A DNA stretch of 64,000 nucleotides from a virus. Positions 55,356-62,605 of the stretch are shown one piece after another. Position numbers and translations under genes: made by a program. The stretch spans positions 3,952-67,951 of the IMG/VR virus record IMGVR_UViG_3300027831_000001; one strand, written 5' to 3'. Position 1 is the first letter of the stretch. Every line of letters starts with the position of its first letter. The notes below the pieces were generated by a model that was not told where the DNA came from, made no database searches, and saw nothing but the letters and a program-made list of their open reading frames with translations.

Positions 55356-55435
55356 ACCCAGGCGGGTCGGAATGGTCCGTGCTCGTGTGCTCATCAAGGG
55401 GCTGTCCGGGGAGACCCGGGTGGCCCCTTGTCTTT
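55356..55435 (+). ncRNA. Candidate antisense sRNA with a tandem GTGCTCGT-GTGCTCAT seed
   Basis: Promoter, two small 5' hairpins, unpaired seed, then hairpin 55395-55430 followed by TCTTT. Confidence 0.55.
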
Positions 55436-55560
55436 CAGCGCTCCAGCGACGCGTCCCACTCACGCTCCGCGCGTTGACGCTCCAGCGGGGTCATGCCGGC
55501 ACGAAGCCGCCGCGAGTCGCCCAGATCCTCGCGGTCGCGGTTGAAGCCCGGGCGCCTCAC
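55435..55560 (-). CDS. 41-aa peptide (MRRPGFNRD...)
   Basis: GTGA overlap; translated by hand. Confidence 0.45.
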   Translation of the reverse strand: MRRPGFNRDREDLGDSRRLRAGMTPLERQRAEREWDASLER

Positions 55561-55811
55561 GGATCACCCCGCAGCAAGGCGACCACGTGGTCCGGCGTGG
55601 GCGGCAAGGGGCGGACGCGGGCGCGCTCGGCCTCACCGGCGGGCGTCCACTCCACGGCGGCCCACTCCTCGCCGGTCTCGCGCTTGCGGCCTGCGCTGGT
55701 CTGCGCCGGCAGGGCAACGATCCATCCGCGAGCCAGCAAGGCCTTCGCGGTGCTGAGCGAGCGGGCGCGGCCGGTGGCCAGGGCGGAACGGATTGGCTTG
55801 GACAACGTCAT
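55557..55811 (-). CDS. Hypothetical protein (winged-helix-like)
   Basis: AL.ARGWI...WTPAG; ATGA overlap. Confidence 0.55.
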   Translation of the reverse strand: MTLSKPIRSALATGRARSLSTAKALLARGWIVALPAQTSAGRKRETGEEWAAVEWTPAGEAERARVRPLPPTPDHVVALLRGDP

Positions 55812-55906
55812 GGCAGCACCGCCCAGGTCAAGCCGGCCATGATGGCCAGGGTGAGCAACAGCGCGAGGACGAGCAGGCCAAGATCGGTGAAGAGTTGACG
55901 GACCAT
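55808..55906 (-). CDS. 32-aa membrane peptide
   Basis: MVRQLFTDLGLLVLALLLTLAIMAGLTWAVLP; fills the gap exactly. Confidence 0.55.
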   Translation of the reverse strand: MVRQLFTDLGLLVLALLLTLAIMAGLTWAVLP

Positions 55907-56248
55907 CTACCCCTCCTCCCATCCTGGTAGGCCGGAGGCGATGTAGTCGTGCACGAGACGTACCGTGCTGGCCTGCTCCATGGTCCACGCATGCGGGACG
56001 GGGCACCCGGATTCATGCCACCGGGCTACGCGGGCCCATTCGACCATCGCACGCTCGGCCGCCCGCAAGGCCGCGTCGTCCCGCTCCCGCCGCATCGTGG
56101 CCGCGTCCGCCTCCGCCATGAGGGCCCGCTGCTCCGCTCTCGCCGCGGTCTCGCTAGCGGCGCGCAGACGGACCGCCAAGTCGCGCACCTGCTCGCGAAG
56201 CTCCGTGATCCTGCCGGCCAGCGCGGAAAACTTCTCTTTTGTGCTCAT
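55907..56248 (-). CDS. Coiled-coil hypothetical protein
   Basis: Class B promoter; ATGAGCAC start. Confidence 0.65.
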   Translation of the reverse strand: MSTKEKFSALAGRITELREQVRDLAVRLRAASETAARAEQRALMAEADAATMRRERDDAALRAAERAMVEWARVARWHESGCPVPHAWTMEQASTVRLVHDYIASGLPGWEEG

Positions 56249-56312
56249 GCTGCATAGGTAGCACGCTAGACCGCCGCAGACAACCGCTCACTACGCTCAC
56301 TACGCTCCGGTC

Positions 56313-57797
56313 GTGCCCTACGGCCGCCCGATCACCTCTGCCGCACTGGCCCAGGCCGTGGCTCGCCACGACCGCGGACCGGGCCCGGTGCAGCGGTGCG
56401 ATCGGATGGCTTGGCGCGCCGACGCGAGCCGCAAGATCGTCCACCCCAACGGCATGGTGGATGTGCCGGGCGTGGCCTGTCGGACCGGCGTGCAGGTGTA
56501 CGACGAGCAGGGCCCCGACGGCCGCCCGGTCGTGACCCGCGAGCTCCGGCCGCCGTCGGAGGTCTTCGACCCCGCAAGCCTTGCGACGTTGAACGGCTCG
56601 CCGGTGACGATCGAGCACCCGGGCCAAGGCCCCGATCACGACGCTGGCCTGGGCGAGGTCACGACGGCCAACGCCCGCGAGCTCACCCACGGCTGGGTGC
56701 TGAGCGTGGAGCCGCACGAGGCCGACGGCCTGGTCTGGGTATGGCTGCGGCTTGCGAGCGAGGACGTCTTGGCCGCCGTGTCGGGCGGCAAGGTCGAGCT
56801 GAGCTGCGGCTACACGGCCACGCTGGCCGACCCGGCCGATCCCCAGTGGGCCGCGCTGGTGGCCTTGATCGGGCCCGAGCCCGGACTGGCCGCGAACGGC
56901 GACCGGTACGACCTGATCCAGACCTCGATTCGCTACAACCACCTGGCGATCGTCGATGCCGCGCGCGCGGGACCGATCGCTAGGCTCCACCTCGACAGCA
57001 AGGGCCGATCCATGAAGACCAAGATCACGATCAAGCGCGACGGCAAGACCACCACGGGCGAGCTACCGACGTGGATCGTCGATGCGGCGGCCAAGCATGC
57101 CGTGGATCGCAAGGATGCCGACGGCGTGCTGGGGGTCGCGATCGAGGGCAAGCCCGAGATGATGCTTCCCGAGGAGATGGTCAACACCATGCTGGCCGCG
57201 ATCGGCATGGGCGGCAGCGGAGGCCCGAGCGCGCCCGAGCCCCAGATCACGCCCGACGCTGACCCGATGGCCGAGCCGCCCGCCATGGTGGCTGACGCCG
57301 ACGAAGAGGAGCCCGCGGCCATGAGGGCCGACGCGATCCGCAAGCTCGTGCAGGCCGAGATCAAGGCCGCGTTGCCGACCGTTCAGGCCCAGGTGCGTGA
57401 CAGCGTCACCGCGTCGGCCCGCGAGCGGCAGGCCGTCGAGCGCCTGGCCCTCCCGGTGCTGGGCCACCGGTTCGACTACGCGGCCCACGACCTGCACGGG
57501 ATCGCCGTGGAGGTCATCAAGGTCGACGGCTCGCCCAAGCTCGAGCAGGCCAAGGCCCTGGCCGAGCGCGCCCGCAAGGGCGACCAGGCCGCGGGAGGGC
57601 GCCTCGCTCAGCTCATGGAAGACGCGCTTGATCGGCGGCGCGACGCGGAGGACACGAGCGGCGCGCTCGGGGCCGCGATGTTCGACGTTGCGGCCAGCTT
57701 GCGGCAGGACGCGGAGGAGCCGGGCGAGAGCCTGGACGATCTGCGGGCCCGCAAGCGCGACACGGCCACCCGAGCCAAGCCCAAGAACGCGGCCTAG
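56313..57797 (+). CDS. Prohead protease/scaffold (DUF2213-type)
   Basis: RTGVQ.Y, RPP.EVF, PVT.EHP, ELSCGY and NHLAIV..ARAG. Confidence 0.9.
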   Translation: MPYGRPITSAALAQAVARHDRGPGPVQRCDRMAWRADASRKIVHPNGMVDVPGVACRTGVQVYDEQGPDGRPVVTRELRPPSEVFDPASLATLNGSPVTIEHPGQGPDHDAGLGEVTTANARELTHGWVLSVEPHEADGLVWVWLRLASEDVLAAVSGGKVELSCGYTATLADPADPQWAALVALIGPEPGLAANGDRYDLIQTSIRYNHLAIVDAARAGPIARLHLDSKGRSMKTKITIKRDGKTTTGELPTWIVDAAAKHAVDRKDADGVLGVAIEGKPEMMLPEEMVNTMLAAIGMGGSGGPSAPEPQITPDADPMAEPPAMVADADEEEPAAMRADAIRKLVQAEIKAALPTVQAQVRDSVTASARERQAVERLALPVLGHRFDYAAHDLHGIAVEVIKVDGSPKLEQAKALAERARKGDQAAGGRLAQLMEDALDRRRDAEDTSGALGAAMFDVAASLRQDAEEPGESLDDLRARKRDTATRAKPKNAA

Positions 57798-57837
57798 TCG
57801 CCCGATCGCCAACCCCCCACGAATCCACGAGATCACC

Positions 57838-59058
57838 ATGACCACGATCCGCACCGGCCGAGGCATTTCCTCAGTACAGCGCACCCAAGACGCCCGAGTG
57901 GCCGGCGAGCCCAGCGGGCCCGGCTTCGATAGGCCGTACGAGAATCCGTTTCTGGCCCAGATCTCCACCCTGACGCTCGCGGCCCAGTCCGACGTCAGCG
58001 ATGAGATCGTGGCCGACCAGGTCTGGACCATCACGCTGACGGACCCGGACGGCGTGGCCTATGCCACGACCTACACGGTCACGGCGGCCGACAATACGGC
58101 CGGCACCGACGGGGCGGGCTTGGCCCACATGGCGACCCAGTTGGCCGCCGCGATCGAGGCCAACGGCGACCTGATCAACGTCGTGAGCGCGAGCGCGGCC
58201 TCGGCCGTCATCACGATCACCTGGCTGGCCCCCAACCGCGGAGCCTGGACCGTCGCGGGCGTGTGTGCTCCGGCGGCGGCCGAGACCGTCCTGCTCGCCA
58301 CCGCGGCGACGAGCCAAAGCGCGGGCGGGAGCGTGCTGCCCATGGCTCGCTTCGTCCGCATGGCCGCGCCCTTCGGTGCGGGTATCCGCCGCGCGCGGCT
58401 GCCGACCAGCACAAGCGACATCTTGGCCGGTGTCGCGCTCCGCGATATCACCCAGGTGCGCCTGTACGACACGAGCGTCGACGCCGTGGACTCGTACCCG
58501 ATCGGCAGCATGGTGGGCGTGCGCGAAGAGGGGGACGTCCACGTGCGCAACACGAGCGCGACGGCGGCCGCGATCGGCGATCCCGTGCACGTCGTGATCG
58601 CGACCACGGGCGGCGATCTGCTGGGCGAGGTACGGCCCGACCGCGACGGTACGGCCGACGTCTGGACCATCACGCCCACTGCGGTCAACGACGCCGTGTA
58701 CGGGCTGAGCATCCACTTTCCGGCATGGGAGGACCAGCCGGCCATGACGTTCGTGGTGCCGCCTGTGACGGCCGACGGCTCCGCGACCGCGACCGAGATC
58801 GTCACGCTACTGGCCGCATCGATCGCCACCGTGTCGGAGCTTCCGAGCCTGCTCACCACGTCGGGCACGACCACGCTGATCCTGACCGGTGACCAGGAGG
58901 GCCGCCCCTTCACCGTGTACGACTCTGCCGAGGCCGGCGACTACGCATCGATCACCCACACGACCACGGCCGCGGCCTACACGATGCTGGCCCCGCGGTG
59001 CCGGTGGGTCCGCGGCGCCGCCGCTGGTGCCGTCGGTACGATCCGTATCGCCCGCTAG
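57838..59058 (+). CDS. Capsid decoration/cement protein with two inserted domains
   Basis: Between protease and capsid genes; LAGVALR, Y..G.MVGV.EEG.V.V and RW...AAAG motifs. Confidence 0.7.
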   Translation: MTTIRTGRGISSVQRTQDARVAGEPSGPGFDRPYENPFLAQISTLTLAAQSDVSDEIVADQVWTITLTDPDGVAYATTYTVTAADNTAGTDGAGLAHMATQLAAAIEANGDLINVVSASAASAVITITWLAPNRGAWTVAGVCAPAAAETVLLATAATSQSAGGSVLPMARFVRMAAPFGAGIRRARLPTSTSDILAGVALRDITQVRLYDTSVDAVDSYPIGSMVGVREEGDVHVRNTSATAAAIGDPVHVVIATTGGDLLGEVRPDRDGTADVWTITPTAVNDAVYGLSIHFPAWEDQPAMTFVVPPVTADGSATATEIVTLLAASIATVSELPSLLTTSGTTTLILTGDQEGRPFTVYDSAEAGDYASITHTTTAAAYTMLAPRCRWVRGAAAGAVGTIRIAR

Positions 59059-59100
59059 TGCGACTCCACTTCCAACGCTGACCCACTGAGGATCACGACC

Positions 59101-60231
59101 ATGCAGACCGCCGCCCTCATCCGCGCACTCGATCCGATCCGCCGCCGCATCGACTCCATTACGGCAGACCCGGGCGAACGGAAGCGTACCCGAAAGCGCT
59201 TCGATCAGCTGATCGAAGCGAGCGCCACCGTGCGCAGCTGGGCCGAGAAGGCCATCCGTGGCGACGCGGTCAATCTGCCGTACGCGGCCCGCCAGCTCGA
59301 ATACGTCTACGAGCAGGCGATCGAGGTGGAGTTCGCCCACCTGGTATTCGCCGACCAGAGCGACCCGCTGGTCCCGTGGGACAGCCAGGTTCCGGTTGGC
59401 GCCCGCACGTTCACCTGGTACTACTCGGAAGGCGCGGGATCGGCAGAATTCTTCGCCGCCATGGGGTCCGACGGGCTGCCCAGCCCGACCGTGATGGGGG
59501 CCGAGCAGGTCGGCAAAGTCGAGCCGTTCGGGTCCGAGATCAAGGTTCGGATCGACCAGCTCCAGGCCGCGGCCTTCGCCGGCCAGAACCTGGACGCTCA
59601 GCTGGCCCTCGCGGACAAGCGAGCGCACGCCGAGCTGCTCAATGCCACGGCGGCATGGGGGCGCCCCGACATCGGCCTGCCGGGCTTGCTCAACAATGAG
59701 CAGATCGGGAACTCGGTCGCGGCCGAGGGCGCGGGCAACAGCACGGCCTGGGCCGACAAGACGCCGGGCGAGATCATCGCCGATGTGCTCAGCATCGTGA
59801 ATGGGATCCAGGAGGCCAGCCAAGAGCTGTATGCGCCGACCGTGATCGCTATGCCGGCCCGGCGCCTCCGAGTGCTCCGGCAGACCCGGATCACCGACGG
59901 CGCCTCGACCGACTCGGGCACCACCACGGTCATGGAATACTTGGAGAAAGCCTTGCGTGATGACGGCAAGACGATCCGCTTCCGGGCCTGCGAGGATCTC
60001 TTGGCGGCCAACGCGGCCGACTATACGGACATGTTCGATGGGCTCGACGGCGATGCCGGCATGCTCGCGTTCAACGACGATCCGCGCTTCGTCAGCCTCG
60101 TCGTACCGGACTACTACCGGGTGTTGGCCGTGCAGGAAAGCGGCCACTGGCTGAACACCCCAACGATGTCGTACATGGGCGGCATCAAGCTCCCCTACCC
60201 GATCACGGTCGCGATCGTGGTCGGCATCTAG
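59101..60231 (+). CDS. Major capsid protein (DUF2184-type)
   Basis: RQLEYV, L.AA..AG.NLD, G.PGLLN, W..KT..EI..D and GGI...YP. Confidence 0.9.
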   Translation: MQTAALIRALDPIRRRIDSITADPGERKRTRKRFDQLIEASATVRSWAEKAIRGDAVNLPYAARQLEYVYEQAIEVEFAHLVFADQSDPLVPWDSQVPVGARTFTWYYSEGAGSAEFFAAMGSDGLPSPTVMGAEQVGKVEPFGSEIKVRIDQLQAAAFAGQNLDAQLALADKRAHAELLNATAAWGRPDIGLPGLLNNEQIGNSVAAEGAGNSTAWADKTPGEIIADVLSIVNGIQEASQELYAPTVIAMPARRLRVLRQTRITDGASTDSGTTTVMEYLEKALRDDGKTIRFRACEDLLAANAADYTDMFDGLDGDAGMLAFNDDPRFVSLVVPDYYRVLAVQESGHWLNTPTMSYMGGIKLPYPITVAIVVGI

Positions 60232-60341
60232 CCCTCGCTCCGCGGGTCCAACGGTGCGGCGATCCAGCAATGGGTCGCCGCTTTTCGTTGTGCGATACGC
60301 TTCATGGGCAGAATAGGGCCCGACGGCCCGGATAGGACACG

Positions 60342-60908
60342 ATGGCGGCGAAGCGAGAAGATCAAGCGGTGGCGGACGAGCAAGCACCCGAGACCAAGCC
60401 GGCCCGGGGCGAAGCGAAGGCCGAGTCCAAGGCGCAGAGCGATGTGCTGGTCTACATCGACAGGGAAGGGGCGATCACCTGCCAATGGTACGACAAGCCC
60501 AAGGGCGAGGCCGATCGGCGAGCTCAGATCCCGCAGGCGATCCGCGTGCGGCTGGAGCCCGGGATGAGCTTTTGCCCGGGCCAGCACTGGGCCCAGGTGA
60601 GCTCTAGCCCCAGCTACCGGCAGGGCCTGGAGGCTGGCCGGATCATCCCGATGGCCGGCCACCGCGGTACGCTGGCCGACGAATGGGGGCGCTGCAAGGC
60701 GCCGGCGATCGCCGAGCGGATCCGCAAGACGTTCGGCGTCGAGGTCTTGCTGCGGCTCCAGGATCTGGAGCGCGAGGGGCAGGGCCGCGACGCCGTGATG
60801 GACGCGATCGCGGGCCGACTGGACGACCTGAAGGTCAGGGTCGCCCAGCACGATCAAAAGCGCCGGGCAGCTCGTCGCGGACACCGGCGACCCCGGCCCC
60901 GCGCCTAG
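60342..60908 (+). CDS. Hypothetical head-module protein
   Basis: Follows the capsid gene; C-terminal E....R..V.DAI..RL motif. Confidence 0.6.
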   Translation: MAAKREDQAVADEQAPETKPARGEAKAESKAQSDVLVYIDREGAITCQWYDKPKGEADRRAQIPQAIRVRLEPGMSFCPGQHWAQVSSSPSYRQGLEAGRIIPMAGHRGTLADEWGRCKAPAIAERIRKTFGVEVLLRLQDLEREGQGRDAVMDAIAGRLDDLKVRVAQHDQKRRAARRGHRRPRPRA

Positions 60909-61162
60909 GCCAGCCGGTGGCGCCCGCGCTTGGGCAGACGGGCGCGGGCGAGCGGGCAGGTCCGACGGATCGTGCGCAGGCGAGCGCAGCCCTGGGGCGT
61001 CAAGTCCCACCACCAGCCCACGATGCGCCCCTGGTCCACCACGTGGGCCGGGGTCACAAGGCCCAGCGAGAGGCACCGCAGGACATCGGGCGGGGCCATG
61101 CCGTGGCCCAGGGGCTTACGGGCGGCCCAACGGAGGGCCCGGGCTTGGTCGAGCGGGCTCAT
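60905..61162 (-). CDS. Hypothetical protein (MSPLDQ...)
   Basis: ATGA overlap; shared CTAG stop. Confidence 0.55.
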   Translation of the reverse strand: MSPLDQARALRWAARKPLGHGMAPPDVLRCLSLGLVTPAHVVDQGRIVGWWWDLTPQGCARLRTIRRTCPLARARLPKRGRHRLA

Positions 61163-61497
61163 GGGGTCGCCTTTCCCGTCAACTCCGTCAACAACCGGTG
61201 CATCATCGCGGTCAGGTTGTCGATCTTTTTCTCCACGGTGGCCAGCCGGGTCAGGTGGCGCGGCGATTCGGCGTCGATCTCCGCGGCCGGCAGCACGGCC
61301 TCGCGATGACCGGACGCAAGCCACCACTCGCGGTGCTCTCGTTGCAGGCGAGCCATGATGCCCCGACGGCTCCGCTTGAAGACCTGGGCCACAAGGGCGG
61401 TCGGCGTGCCCATCATCAAGAGCGTCCGCAGCTGGTGATCCGACTCCGGCGTCCAAGGGCGATTCTCGTTTTCGTTCAGTCCGGTGGCTTTTGCCAT
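61159..61497 (-). CDS. Myb/GcrA-like HTH protein
   Basis: PWTPE.D..L..L...G.....VA..F.RS...I.ARL; AGGAG RBS. Confidence 0.65.
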   Translation of the reverse strand: MAKATGLNENENRPWTPESDHQLRTLLMMGTPTALVAQVFKRSRRGIMARLQREHREWWLASGHREAVLPAAEIDAESPRHLTRLATVEKKIDNLTAMMHRLLTELTGKATP

Positions 61498-61572
61498 GAT
61501 CTTGTGTGCTCCTACGCCCAAAGCCCCCGACGGCGGACCGGCGGAGGCGTTGGGCCCGGGTGGGTGTGCGGG

Positions 61573-61953
61573 CTAGGAGCCGATGATCTCCACCTCGCGA
61601 GCGGGCACGTAGGACTCGGCCCCGTCCTCGCCGTCCCAGAGTCCCCAGACTACGCGGCCGTATTGGTCGTGGTCCTCCACCCGCAGGACCTCGCACACCG
61701 CGTCGTTCTCAGCCCAGCGCACCCGCTCGCCCGGCATCGGCTCGCGCTCGCTGGGCGGCGGAGGCACCGGAGCCTGCGGCTCGTCGCCCAGGGCCTTGGC
61801 CACCGTCTTCTCTGGGACACCAGCCACCCGCAGGGCAGCCGCGGCCTCGCGGTGGAGGATCTCGCCGCCGCGCAGTCGCAGGGCCACTCTCAGGACGTAT
61901 TCGGCGCGCTCTTGCTGGGCGTGCCACTCGCGGATCGGATCGTGTTCGCTCAT
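61573..61953 (-). CDS. Hypothetical protein
   Basis: Open frame; SH3-like C-terminus. Confidence 0.6.
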   Translation of the reverse strand: MSEHDPIREWHAQQERAEYVLRVALRLRGGEILHREAAAALRVAGVPEKTVAKALGDEPQAPVPPPPSEREPMPGERVRWAENDAVCEVLRVEDHDQYGRVVWGLWDGEDGAESYVPAREVEIIGS

Positions 61954-62020
61954 GGAGTCGGGTTCCTTGCACGCCCGAACCCCGCGGCGATGGCCAACGG
62001 GGTCAGGGGTAGGCAGGTAG

Positions 62021-62106
62021 TGGAGCTGCCAGGAATCGAACCCGGCCATCCGGCGCGTGACGCAAATACCAAAACCGTCGAAGCGCTCGGGCCACCGAGG
62101 AGCCCC
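62021..62106 (-). ncRNA. tmRNA-like tRNA-like domain without an mRNA-like domain (86 nt)
   Basis: 5' GGGGCT...TTCGACGG and 3' CCGGAT-GGCCGGG-TTCGATT-CCTGG-CAGCTCC-A; G3-U wobble pair. Confidence 0.7.
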
Positions 62107-62112
62107 CGGGTG

Positions 62113-62316
62113 TCAGCGGGACCGCGGGCGCAGTTCCGCCATGGGCGGGTGCGCCTCGTAGGCGCGCGAGACCGCGCGACGGCAGAGCCACCCACGGAGC
62201 GGGCGAGCGAGTCGGTAGAAAAGCCCAGTCACGCGGATCCGCAGCAAACTCTCGGGGCCGCGGTGACGGGTCGACGGGGTGACAAGGGCGAGGATGCGAT
62301 CTTCGGTGGTCTTCAT
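62113..62316 (-). CDS. Hypothetical protein
   Basis: GGAG RBS; lies in an early operon. Confidence 0.55.
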   Translation of the reverse strand: MKTTEDRILALVTPSTRHRGPESLLRIRVTGLFYRLARPLRGWLCRRAVSRAYEAHPPMAELRPRSR

Positions 62317-62349
62317 GGTGTGTGGTCTCCAGGGTGGGTGGTCGGCGGC

Positions 62350-62532
62350 TCAGGCCCGCACTGCGTGGGCTTCGGTGAAGGACTCCACCGGCATGGCCAG
62401 GATGGCGGCCAGGGCCACGATGGCGCGTACTGGCGAGGCGGCCTGCACGGTGTGGGTCAGCGGCCGGCCGTCATAGCGAACGGTCACGGTCCAGAGGGGG
62501 GCGGAAGCGGCGGGCTTGGTGGCGGTGCTCAC
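62350..62532 (-). CDS. Early hypothetical protein (MSTATKP...)
   Basis: Directly after a class C promoter. Confidence 0.65.
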   Translation of the reverse strand: MSTATKPAASAPLWTVTVRYDGRPLTHTVQAASPVRAIVALAAILAMPVESFTEAHAVRA

Positions 62533-62582
62533 GAATAGATATATAGTACGACCGCGGGCGCCGGTCAACCGAAAATCGACAC
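62533..62582 (-). promoter_or_regulatory. Class C sigma70-like promoter
   Basis: GTGTCGATTTTCGG-TTGACC-17 nt-TATATA-7 nt-GTG. Confidence 0.75.
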
Positions 62583-62605
62583 GAGGCCGAAGATAGCCTC
62601 CCAGC

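Noticed and set aside
55360-55400. Hammerhead ribozyme core (TTGATGAG on the minus strand; also near 63525 on the plus strand)
   Set aside because: Lacks CUGAUGA and the downstream GAAA with flanking stems
56284-56308. Short tandem repeat CGCTCACTA before the protease gene
   Set aside because: Only about 2.5 copies; explained as a duplication of the TACGCT -10 element
62021-62050. attP core derived from a tmRNA/tRNA 3' end
   Set aside because: The 5' tmRNA-like end is also present and pairs with it, and no integrase is adjacent; not fully excluded
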